A stretch of 64,000 nt of DNA from a bacterium (lineage in GTDB: Bacteria > Patescibacteriota > Patescibacteriia > UBA9934). Positions 56,829 to 64,000 of this stretch are shown here, piece after piece; positions within the stretch are counted from its first letter, which is position 1, and each line of letters opens with the position of its first letter. The DNA lies in the NCBI GenBank assembly GCA_043818555.1, contig JBDRFP010000002.1:16774-80773 (forward strand). The letters run 5' to 3'. A program made the translations under genes and the position numbers. The notes under the pieces were generated by a model, which saw only the letters and a program-made list of their open reading frames with translations, did no database searches and was not told the DNA's origin.

Positions 56829-57165
56829 ATTCGCTAGTCAGATCGTTTTAACATATTAAACGATTTTAATGTTTTGAACGTTAATGATAAGTGGCCCTAT
56901 TTTAGATTAAATAGCCAAAATTGGCAAGTGGATAGTCGAGAAACGAGAGTAGTCAGTAGACAGTAGACGGTAGACGGTAGACGGTCGAAGGCCTATAATA
57001 AACCTCGTCTATCGGTCTGTAGTTCTGTAGAGTCTGTAGGTCTGTAACGACCTCCAACTTGACACAACACCCCAAATCGGGTTAGATTACCACCTCTGCA
57101 AGGTCCAAACCCAAACAGAGACCCACCCCACCCTCCTTCGCAACTCTCCTGGAGCAAAAACACGG

Positions 57166-57765
57166 ATGCCCGCAACATTCGATCCTTACATCCCAACACA
57201 CCAGCTCATCGAAGAGCTACACAACTCTCTCCCCGCCGCCTCATCCCGCATGCATGAAGCGATCCAATTCGCTATTCGTGCATACAAAAACGCCAAGCGC
57301 TACGACGGCTCAAACTTTCTTGGCCACGCACTTCGCGTTGCACTGATCCTGACGCAGGAGGTGGAAGAAGCTGACGAGGAAACCATTGTCGTCGCAATCC
57401 TGCACGACGCGGTAGAAGAACATGGCGTAGGGATGGTGGAGATCTCCCGAGCGTTCGGGCCGATCACCACTTCTCACATCGCCTGGCTCACCAAGTTCTC
57501 GCCTCCACGAGAGCGTGAGAAAGAAACTGACGTGTTCCACCTGAATTGCGTTACAGGCGCGCCGAGGTGCGTACGCATGGCTCGACTGGCCGACAGGCTC
57601 GACAACATGCGGAGCGTCCCGTTCCTGCCCGAGGAGCAGTACGCGCGCATCCGCGACTACCACGAGCACGCGCTCCCGACCGTGCTCGAACTCGCTGGGA
57701 TGACGAACGAGTGGTTTATCGAACCGCTCAAGAGCGTCAACATGGACCGCTTGGCCGATCGCTAG
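57166..57765 (+). CDS. Small HD-domain protein of the RelA/SpoT hydrolase type (putative (p)ppGpp hydrolase)
   Basis: GHALRVALIL...VAILHDAVEE...RLADRLDNMR matches the RelA/SpoT HD hydrolase motifs. 199 aa. GC about 60%. Confidence 0.6.
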   Translation: MPATFDPYIPTHQLIEELHNSLPAASSRMHEAIQFAIRAYKNAKRYDGSNFLGHALRVALILTQEVEEADEETIVVAILHDAVEEHGVGMVEISRAFGPITTSHIAWLTKFSPPREREKETDVFHLNCVTGAPRCVRMARLADRLDNMRSVPFLPEEQYARIRDYHEHALPTVLELAGMTNEWFIEPLKSVNMDRLADR

Positions 57766-57800
57766 CTCACGATCACTGGCTCACGATCGCTAAAAAAACT

Positions 57801-57837
57801 ACTGGCGCTTTCGCACGAAAGCGCCAGTCTTTATTTT
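57801..57837 (+). terminator. Rho-independent terminator (ACTGGCGCTTTCG-CAC-GAAAGCGCCAGT followed by CTTTATTTT)
   Basis: 13-bp stem and a T-run directly after the stop of 57166..57765. Confidence 0.75.
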
Positions 57838-57839
57838 GG

Positions 57840-58406
57840 CTAACTTACCTCCTTGATCAACCGCTGCATCAACTCAAGTGGCATTCCGCTGGTCGAATCC
57901 TGCGGGCCGTCGATGTGATCGACAAAATTGCATAGCGGCTCGTCTTCCACGCGCATCGCGCCTGAGCAGTACATGATTTTCTCCATCGATATCGCCTGTT
58001 CGATCGCCTCGCTTGCGATTGGCTTAAAGTAAACTTTGACTATGTCGATTCCCTCAGCGCGATCATTTATCGCCGTATTGACGACCACAACACCGTTTAC
58101 AATCTCCATCGGGTGACTATGATACTTTGCAAGCCACTCGCGAGCTTCAGCAGCTGATTCTGGCTTTTCCCGAATCTCTCCGTTCCAGACTACGACCTGA
58201 TCGGAAGTAATTAATATCGCCGGCTCGTCGATTTTGTCGACTATGGCGTCTGCCTTCGCATGCGCTAACTTAATCACCAGTTTAGCCGGATCTGGATCTC
58301 GAATCGCTTTTTCGTCAATATCGGCTACTAAAACATCAAACTCAATCCCAGCATCGCGCAGGACTTGTTGACGTGATTTTGAGCTAGAGCCGAGGATTAG
58401 TTTCAT
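57840..58406 (-). CDS. maf: Maf-like nucleoside triphosphate pyrophosphatase
   Basis: N-terminal LILGSSS(K/P)(S/R)R and the overall Maf pattern. 188 aa. Confidence 0.85.
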   Translation of the reverse strand: MKLILGSSSKSRQQVLRDAGIEFDVLVADIDEKAIRDPDPAKLVIKLAHAKADAIVDKIDEPAILITSDQVVVWNGEIREKPESAAEAREWLAKYHSHPMEIVNGVVVVNTAINDRAEGIDIVKVYFKPIASEAIEQAISMEKIMYCSGAMRVEDEPLCNFVDHIDGPQDSTSGMPLELMQRLIKEVS

Positions 58407-58890
58407 ACCAACTGGTTAATATATGGTCGCGGACGAGGTCGAAATGCGGGTGAAGACAAGAATGAGGCGGGTCGGGAAATTCTTCCGGATGAAACCAACC
58501 GAGCTCATCTATTTTATCAGGTTCGCCAATCTTTACTTCGTCAGAATTTAAATGCACGGCGTGTAGCAGAGCAATCCAGTGAGTGGGCACTCCTTCATTA
58601 TCGCGCATCACATTAGTCGCCTGAACGAATTTCACATCCAAGGGATCGGCACAATACTCTTCCATGACTTCACGACGAACAGCATCTTCGATCTTCTCCC
58701 CGTGCTCCATTGATCCACCACCGCAGTCCCATCGCCCACGCTCGTCGCGGCAAGTCTGTGATCGTCGATGAAGCAATACTCGCCCAGCACCGTCGTGGCA
58801 AAAGAAAACAACGCAGACTCCAATGTAGTCTACGCCGCGTTTTGCATCTATTTGACGATACTCTTCACCGATCATAAATCTCTCTTCCAC
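58384..58890 (-). CDS. NUDIX hydrolase
   Basis: Nudix box GGGSMEHGEKIEDAVRREVMEEYC. Overlaps the maf start by 23 nt. Confidence 0.8.
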   Translation of the reverse strand: MEERFMIGEEYRQIDAKRGVDYIGVCVVFFCHDGAGRVLLHRRSQTCRDERGRWDCGGGSMEHGEKIEDAVRREVMEEYCADPLDVKFVQATNVMRDNEGVPTHWIALLHAVHLNSDEVKIGEPDKIDELGWFHPEEFPDPPHSCLHPHFDLVRDHILTSWYETNPRL

Positions 58891-58948
58891 GAAAATACCG
58901 AGGGCTTATTTGTTAATTCAATTGAATTAGCAAATAAGTAATCTTGGG

Positions 58949-59476
58949 CTAAATCTTGCCAATTTTATGCAACGCCTCAAGCGCCTTCAAGGTTACGCGA
59001 CGCTTCCCGCGTTGGTAAATCCCTTCAGCCAAATTCAACGCTTCTTGATAGTTGAGCCATCTAAAATCATCAAATTCAGTATCGTCAACATTTAAATCAT
59101 CCGTTCCCGCATCGGCAACTGCAAAAAAATATAACTTCCCTTTCATAAAAACTTCCTTGCCGTCGTCGGTCTGTAAATCGCGCGTGCCCTGAGTCTTAAT
59201 TGGAAACTCAACAAGGTCTTTTTCAAATACACTAATGTCGCCCTCGGCCTTGTCGACAAATGTTTTTCCAAGCTCCTCGGCCATCTCGCGCCGAAAAGCG
59301 CTATCGAGCGTCTCCTGGTTATTAATCCCGCCTTGCGGGAACTGCCATAGCTCATGTTCGGCCTTGTAGACGAACAGGGCCTTCTTATCGTGCACAAAAC
59401 AACCAACTACCTGGGGCCTAAACCCAGCGCGACGAATTTCGTCGATTTTTTCAAGCGATGTGTTGATCATACACAC
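58949..59476 (-). CDS. NUDIX hydrolase (RppH-like)
   Basis: Nudix box PQGGINNQETLDSAFRREMAEELG. The real start is probably the internal ATG (MINTSLEKI). Confidence 0.8.
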   Translation of the reverse strand: MCMINTSLEKIDEIRRAGFRPQVVGCFVHDKKALFVYKAEHELWQFPQGGINNQETLDSAFRREMAEELGKTFVDKAEGDISVFEKDLVEFPIKTQGTRDLQTDDGKEVFMKGKLYFFAVADAGTDDLNVDDTEFDDFRWLNYQEALNLAEGIYQRGKRRVTLKALEALHKIGKI

Positions 59477-59795
59477 TTATGCTAGCACGATCGTCTGCGT
59501 TGATCAAACACACTGCGCCAATTAAGCGGGCCTTGACAATAATCAAGAATTGAGATAACTTTATATTGATCCAGCGCCCCTTGTGGGAAGTGCGGAGGGC
59601 CGGATATCGAGCAAGATCTGACTTTGCCGCAAACTTACGCTCGAAAGAGTGTGCGGAGAACAGAGTCGCCAATCAAGATCGAGCTCCGGCGAAGCCCGAG
59701 TTTAACTGGGCGCTGCAATGTCGCCAATGGTGTCCGTTGTGTTCGGTGAGTATCGCGAACGGAACGACGGCATTGTAGTAATGGACTCACACTTG

Positions 59796-59835
59796 CCGTC
59801 CCTTGGGAAACCTCGGGGCGGCATTTTTATCGCAT
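59796..59835 (+). terminator. Rho-independent terminator-like hairpin (GCCGTCCC-TTGGGAAACCTC-GGGGCGGC followed by ATTTTTAT) ending an ORF-poor plus-strand interval
   Basis: 8-bp stem (one G-U) and a T-run. Confidence 0.45.
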
Positions 59836-59859
59836 CGAAGCAAAGCCGAGGGACAATTT

Positions 59860-59889
59860 AACCTTCAAGGTTCAGAAACCTTGAAGGTT
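59860..59889. repeat. Variant palindrome AACCTTCAAGGTT-CAGA-AACCTTGAAGGTT downstream of 59937..60284
   Basis: 13-bp arms. Member of the TTAACCCTGAAGGTT family. Confidence 0.7.
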
Positions 59890-59936
59890 AAGATACATTC
59901 GCTACAGACAGCCTCGTAGAAATGCTGAGGTAATAT

Positions 59937-60284
59937 TTATTCCTTCTTAAACGCCACTCTAAACACCGGGTACCACTTGTTGTCATACTCATCGACAATC
60001 TCAACTATCTCCTTGTTTGTGTACATATTCAATGCAATATCTGAAAGTAGCTCCTGGTCGGTTTCAATGTCGATCTTCAAGTCCTCCAGTTCTCGGAACT
60101 CTCGCGAGTCTTCTTTGATTTCAGTTTCGATCGACTTCTTTTCATCGCGCAACACTTTAATTTCCTCAACCAACTCTTTATGTCGCGAGTTCTGAACAAG
60201 CTCATCCTTGTACATCTTGTTGATCTCACTTCGCTTCTTTTTATTTTCAGTTAACCTTTTGTAAACATCTTCGAGCTTGTGCAT
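59937..60284 (-). CDS. Hypothetical coiled-coil protein (115 aa)
   Basis: KE-rich helical ORF. Confidence 0.5.
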   Translation of the reverse strand: MHKLEDVYKRLTENKKKRSEINKMYKDELVQNSRHKELVEEIKVLRDEKKSIETEIKEDSREFRELEDLKIDIETDQELLSDIALNMYTNKEIVEIVDEYDNKWYPVFRVAFKKE

Positions 60285-60501
60285 AGTTGAAAAAAATTAC
60301 GGCTAAGAGCCGCATTATAACAGACTGGTTAATATTGTGAAATGATGATAAGCTAGCATGGCTCAAAGTGGCGCGTCGGGTTTTGGCCAATGGTTGGCCG
60401 ATCCCAACTTCGTGAGCTATACGACACCTCAGCGTTGATCGGAGTAGCTCTTCTGCGAGTATCCCTTTGCCGCTTGGACTAATAATCCAGGCGGCATATT
60501 T

Positions 60502-61041
60502 TTATTTCAGCTCGTACTCCCACCCCGGCTGCCAACTCCAAGGAGCCGGCACGATCTCATCGAGCGATTTTTCTAAAATCAAGCTCTCAAGTCCATATTG
60601 AGTCGCCCGGTGACCTATTACCATCACGCGCTTGTCGTCGTAGAACTTCCGCAGATCTTCTAAAAAACTTTCAATCCTGGTAGTAGTCTGCTCGTAGCTT
60701 TCACCTCCGGGGAAAGGCTCGGAAATCCGTTTCGATTTCTCGGCCTTTACAGTCTCCGCGTCGCCTTGAGTCATTTCGCCATAATCAGCCTCACGCAGGC
60801 GCCAGTCCATGAAAATCTTAATATCGTCTCGATCCCCGAATGCAATTCTCGCTGTTTCGTACGAACGTTGTAAATCTGAGCAAAAAATTGCATCAAAACT
60901 TTCCTCTTTGTTGCGCTCACCTAAGTTCTGTGCTTGCTGACGCCCAAGCTCGGACAGCCCAACATCGTACCAGCCCGATGCTTTCTCTGCTTCGTTATCA
61001 ATAGTTGTTGAATGAGATTCAAATTTGATACTTACTGACAT
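60502..61041 (-). CDS. Histidine phosphatase superfamily (phosphoglycerate-mutase-like) protein
   Basis: N-terminal ...ESHSTTIDN with a catalytic His in the RHG position (Arg not conserved), GLSELGRQQAQ, SDLQRSYETA, VMVIGHRATQ. Confidence 0.55.
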   Translation of the reverse strand: MSVSIKFESHSTTIDNEAEKASGWYDVGLSELGRQQAQNLGERNKEESFDAIFCSDLQRSYETARIAFGDRDDIKIFMDWRLREADYGEMTQGDAETVKAEKSKRISEPFPGGESYEQTTTRIESFLEDLRKFYDDKRVMVIGHRATQYGLESLILEKSLDEIVPAPWSWQPGWEYELK

Positions 61042-61080
61042 ATATTATTTACTTAGGGTATATTCCATAACGCTCAACGT

Positions 61081-61097
61081 TTAACCCCAGGGGTTAA
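61081..61097. repeat. Small palindrome TTAACCCC-A-GGGGTTAA
   Basis: Same core as the TTAACCC/GGGTTAA family. Confidence 0.5.
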
Positions 61098-61132
61098 GGC
61101 ATCGGGGACTAACAATCCAAGCGGTAATTTTT

Positions 61133-61429
61133 TTAGTCCAAAAACGGTTCTACGTACCATGGCGCAACTGTCGACGGCCAAAACTGTACATGCTTTTCGT
61201 AAACGCTTGGACCGCAACCTGAAAGCATCTGGCTATCGGAATCCTTAATCGGGTAACTAAGCGTCAATAAAATCGAGATTACCAACAGCGCGATAAACCG
61301 CTTCTTGCCTAGCTTCTTCCTAAGAATTACCGTCGCTAAAATAAGAAAAGGAAAAATTGCATGAAAAATCGTTGTGGTGACTACTTTGATCTGGTAAAAC
61401 GAATCGCAAGTTAGTGCTGTAGGATCCAT
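61133..61429 (-). CDS. Hypothetical membrane protein (98 aa)
   Basis: Two TM helices. Confidence 0.45.
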   Translation of the reverse strand: MDPTALTCDSFYQIKVVTTTIFHAIFPFLILATVILRKKLGKKRFIALLVISILLTLSYPIKDSDSQMLSGCGPSVYEKHVQFWPSTVAPWYVEPFLD

Positions 61430-61432
61430 ATA

Positions 61433-61948
61433 TTACAATTCAACCTCCAGCTCGGCGTCAACCCAAGCATCAAAACCACCATCTAGCAAATAGACTTCCT
61501 CCCAGCACCCACGGCCCTTGGTTCGCTCAATAGCCTTTCGAACTTCCTGATAGTCCTCACCATGACCAGAGTAGTAAAAGTAAGTCTGTCTTTCTGAGCA
61601 ATCTTTCTCTTCACATGCCAATCCACGGAAAAGGTGGCATGGGTCGTTGCCTCCCCAAATTGCTCCTGGTAGGCGTGACTGTTTGTACAAACTATAATCT
61701 CTAATATCCACAACAACAGAATTGCTTGTTGAGCTAAATTGAGCTTCGAATTCTTCCAACTCAACAATCGAAATATCTGGCGCAGGCACAAGGGTAATGT
61801 TGGTAAGCCTTAAAAATATAACTACAAGCACCAGTAGTAGGCCTGCAAGAATTAATACTCTAGGAGTGATTTTTAGACGCTCTTTCCGGGTTTTAGCAGA
61901 TGATCCCTCACTCTGATCTTTGCCATTTTGTAATTCAACTCTTTCCAT
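61433..61948 (-). CDS. Membrane-anchored rhodanese-like domain protein (probably catalytically inactive)
   Basis: One TM helix, then a rhodanese fold (VVDIRDYSLYKQSRLPGAI ... YLLDGGFDAW). No Cys in the active-site loop position. Confidence 0.55.
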   Translation of the reverse strand: MERVELQNGKDQSEGSSAKTRKERLKITPRVLILAGLLLVLVVIFLRLTNITLVPAPDISIVELEEFEAQFSSTSNSVVVDIRDYSLYKQSRLPGAIWGGNDPCHLFRGLACEEKDCSERQTYFYYSGHGEDYQEVRKAIERTKGRGCWEEVYLLDGGFDAWVDAELEVEL

Positions 61949-61972
61949 ATTGCTTTATTGTAACATATCTGA

Positions 61973-62518
61973 CTAATGCCCTCTCTCCTCCCTACGCTTT
62001 TTATACATCCGCTCGGTGAAGCCGCCTTGTTGTAGAAATTCATTTCCCAAGGCCACTAATTGTTTGTCCAACAGGTAACATGCTTGGTGAATAAGGCAAA
62101 TTGCTGTGTTTGCCGCAGCACTCCGGTCAGCAATATAGGTCTCATAAGTCTTATAGGACCTATTTTCGCTATATGCAAGCGCGCGAACTGCCTCCGCTGT
62201 CGGGTGATCTTTTGGCCACTGCTCAAGATCCCTTTGCCGTAAAAAATCCTCATAATCACACAAAAGCTCTTCTAGGCTCGCACGGGCGACATTCACCAAC
62301 TTAATCTCAGACTTCTTGGATACTCCGGAAGCCTGGCATCCCTCAGCAATATTTTGCCTGCCCGATCTTGCTGCGTGAACCATCTGATCGCGCAAACGAT
62401 AATCGTTAATGAAGCTTTTACAAAAATGAAACGTGAAATCGTAGATTATGGTAGCGGCCTGGTAGGATTTTAATTTTCTGTATCCGCCATGCGGTGTAAT
62501 TAGGTTCGCTCCGCTCAT
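61973..62518 (-). CDS. Four-helix-bundle protein (23S rRNA intervening-sequence protein family, TIGR02436-like) with a C-terminal extension
   Basis: YRKLKSYQAATIIYDFT...NIAEGCQASG matches the family motifs. Start set to the internal Met. The ORF track extends to 62593. Confidence 0.6.
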   Translation of the reverse strand: MSGANLITPHGGYRKLKSYQAATIIYDFTFHFCKSFINDYRLRDQMVHAARSGRQNIAEGCQASGVSKKSEIKLVNVARASLEELLCDYEDFLRQRDLEQWPKDHPTAEAVRALAYSENRSYKTYETYIADRSAAANTAICLIHQACYLLDKQLVALGNEFLQQGGFTERMYKKRREERGH

Positions 62519-62541
62519 AAGTCTTATTGGTCCGATAGGAC

Positions 62542-62949
62542 TTATTTTTTCATTTTGAATAACTTCTCCGCAGACTCGTGGTACAAATCCCAAACTTTAT
62601 ACTTTTCAAAATCTGACAGGTTCATCCATTTATATTCTGTCACTTCTTTCTTGTCTAAAACCGGAACCTGATCGTCATCGACTAAAGATGCTTCAAAAAT
62701 CACCACAAAATGATGCTGTCCTGACGCGCTGGTGAATGGGAAACAGTCGAGCACGTCGCCTGCAGTAACATCCAAACCGACCTCCTCTTTCATTTCCCGT
62801 GCTAAGGCATCCCTTGGAGATTCATTTCCGTGCATTCTCCCACCGGGGAAAGTCCACCTTCCGTCGCTTTCCTTAACCATAAGCACTTCTTCGCCTTTAC
62901 GAATCCAGGCTTTCACTGGAATGTCTGCAATAAAATGTTCGTTTGACAT
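62542..62949 (-). CDS. NUDIX hydrolase
   Basis: Nudix box PGGRMHGNESPRDALAREMKEEVGL. 135 aa. Confidence 0.8.
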   Translation of the reverse strand: MSNEHFIADIPVKAWIRKGEEVLMVKESDGRWTFPGGRMHGNESPRDALAREMKEEVGLDVTAGDVLDCFPFTSASGQHHFVVIFEASLVDDDQVPVLDKKEVTEYKWMNLSDFEKYKVWDLYHESAEKLFKMKK

Positions 62950-62950
62950 A

Positions 62951-63259
62951 TTACCAAAGTTCCTTCATTGATTTTAGTTTTTTGGTTTTCCCAGACTGAT
63001 ACTCTTCCCTGCCTATTTCGAACTCATCTGTCTCCTCTGCAATAACTGGCTTTTCTCGCATCCAAGTAAACCTCGGCACTCCCTGGCCGTCGATGACGAC
63101 ATTCTCCATGAACATCCCCAAAGGCCGAGCCCAAATCTGGCCGTCGCCATACAGGGCCTTGTAGATTACGAACTCTTCCTGCGTCTCGCTATGCTTGGCG
63201 ATCCCCATGAACTCGTACTCGTTGCCCTTGTAATGCTTATAAATTCCCGGTTTGAGCAT
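62951..63259 (-). CDS. DUF1653-domain protein
   Basis: [13 protein letters not shown] matches the DUF1653 YRHYKG motif. 102 aa. Confidence 0.6.
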   Translation of the reverse strand: MLKPGIYKHYKGNEYEFMGIAKHSETQEEFVIYKALYGDGQIWARPLGMFMENVVIDGQGVPRFTWMREKPVIAEETDEFEIGREEYQSGKTKKLKSMKELW

Positions 63260-63265
63260 ATTTAA

Positions 63266-63634
63266 TTATCTTTTCACCCAAGCTCGAGGTAATAACTCTG
63301 ATGCCTTCACAGACTCAGTTTCCGATAATATCACCTGTGCATCGGGGCAGTAAGTTAAAAACAGTTCACGACACAAGGCGCACGGAGGATAGATCTCATA
63401 ATTCCCCTCCTGATCGCGGTGAACAGCCACGACCATTTCGATTTCGCCATCGCCTTGTGAAAAAGCCTGGCTGACTAGCCCCCATTCGCTACAAAGATCA
63501 AGCTTTTGTGAATTCAAACAAACGCCGGTGTACACATTCCCGGATTTTGCACGCAAAGTCGCGCCAACAGTATGCCTACGCTTATCGTAACGCTTTTCAA
63601 TTATGTCTTTTGCTGCCTGAATCAGTTGTTGCAT
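63266..63634 (-). CDS. cdd: Cytidine deaminase
   Basis: Zinc ligands C-S-E ... PCALCRELF (CAE...PCxxCRQ pattern). Start set to the internal Met to avoid overlap. The ORF track gives 63691. Confidence 0.7.
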   Translation of the reverse strand: MQQLIQAAKDIIEKRYDKRRHTVGATLRAKSGNVYTGVCLNSQKLDLCSEWGLVSQAFSQGDGEIEMVVAVHRDQEGNYEIYPPCALCRELFLTYCPDAQVILSETESVKASELLPRAWVKR

Positions 63635-63635
63635 A

Positions 63636-63980
63636 TTATTTTCCGTGGCATTTTTTGTATTTCTTCCCACTTCCACACGGACATGGATCATTTCGACCTG
63701 CCTTGGAGACGTCGGACTTTACCGATGCTGGCTGATCCTCGCTCGGCGTTGTTCCGCTTGCGACAGCTGCGGCAGCCGCTCGAGCCTGAGGTCCCATCGT
63801 CTTCTGAGCTCCTGCAAACTGCAAACGAGCCCGCTCGATTATTGACGGCGCCAGCTTAATCACCTTTTGCGCTGCCAAAGCCTGATCGTAAATCTTCATT
63901 ATGTTGTACACCACTTCACGGTCGATATTTTCAAGCAATGCGTTGTAAAGCCCATACGACTCACGCTTGTACTCCACCAA
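63636..63980 (-). CDS. SEC-C motif (SecA C-terminal metal-binding) domain protein. The N-terminus may lie beyond 63980.
   Basis: C-terminal [17 protein letters not shown]. Confidence 0.6.
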   Translation of the reverse strand: MVEYKRESYGLYNALLENIDREVVYNIMKIYDQALAAQKVIKLAPSIIERARLQFAGAQKTMGPQARAAAAAVASGTTPSEDQPASVKSDVSKAGRNDPCPCGSGKKYKKCHGK

Positions 63981-64000
63981 CGGATCGCGCTGCCCGTACC

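Noticed and set aside
59680-59790. tmRNA-like tag frame (…ANGTTAL followed by TAG TAA double stop)
   Set aside because: No tRNA-like domain (no GGTTCGA T-arm, no 3-prime ACCA) and no pseudoknot-capable context. Probably a coincidence within a GC-rich interval.

Overview
This 64-kb window reads as a streamlined, mostly minus-strand-coding bacterial chromosome segment. Background GC is about 40-45%, genes are tightly packed and often overlap, and many proteins are small or hypothetical. The gene content suggests a Patescibacteria/CPR-like organism, but that is an inference only. Recognisable housekeeping genes: lgt, gatA, gatC, ligA, rnhA, recJ, lepA, mnmA, dnaX, cysS, an hrcA-grpE-dnaK-(rdgB, DUF559)-dnaJ heat-shock region with a CIRCE operator, uppP, secDF, maf, three Nudix hydrolases, cdd, and tRNA-Gln and tRNA-Glu. 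Accessory content: (1) a type IV pilus module (prepilin peptidase, pilin, receiver-domain protein, PilM); (2) a roughly 6.5-kb insert between rnhA and recJ, made of a strongly GC-rich (58-70%) four-gene minus-strand block headed by a J-domain protein plus two tandem paralogous plus-strand genes, none with an assignable function; (3) two paralogous loci encoding VirD4/TraG/TrwB-like P-loop ATPases (type IV coupling-protein-like), one as a single fused 843-aa protein and the other split into a 560-aa membrane-domain gene plus a 705-aa ATPase gene, both preceded by a 43-nt identical CCAAT-box-rich leader that also occurs upstream of hrcA; (4) several further isolated high-GC genes, suggesting a mosaic origin. 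The intergenic space is unusually rich in short dispersed repeat families: TTAACCCTGAAGGTT-type palindromes, two 89-bp nested palindromic elements after dnaK and dnaJ, 21-bp-phased TTTATTG tracts, TGAACTG heptad arrays, and CTACTGACTAC / GACTTT / TCTGTAGG / TAGGTCCTATAGG motifs. A SecDF carrying an inserted parvulin-type PPIase domain, a pair of strongly expressed 100-aa paralogs (one preceded by an Arg/Cys-rich 50-codon upstream ORF), and an unannotated 54-codon gene with canonical expression signals are also noted. All identifications rest on motif recognition by eye. No database search was possible.
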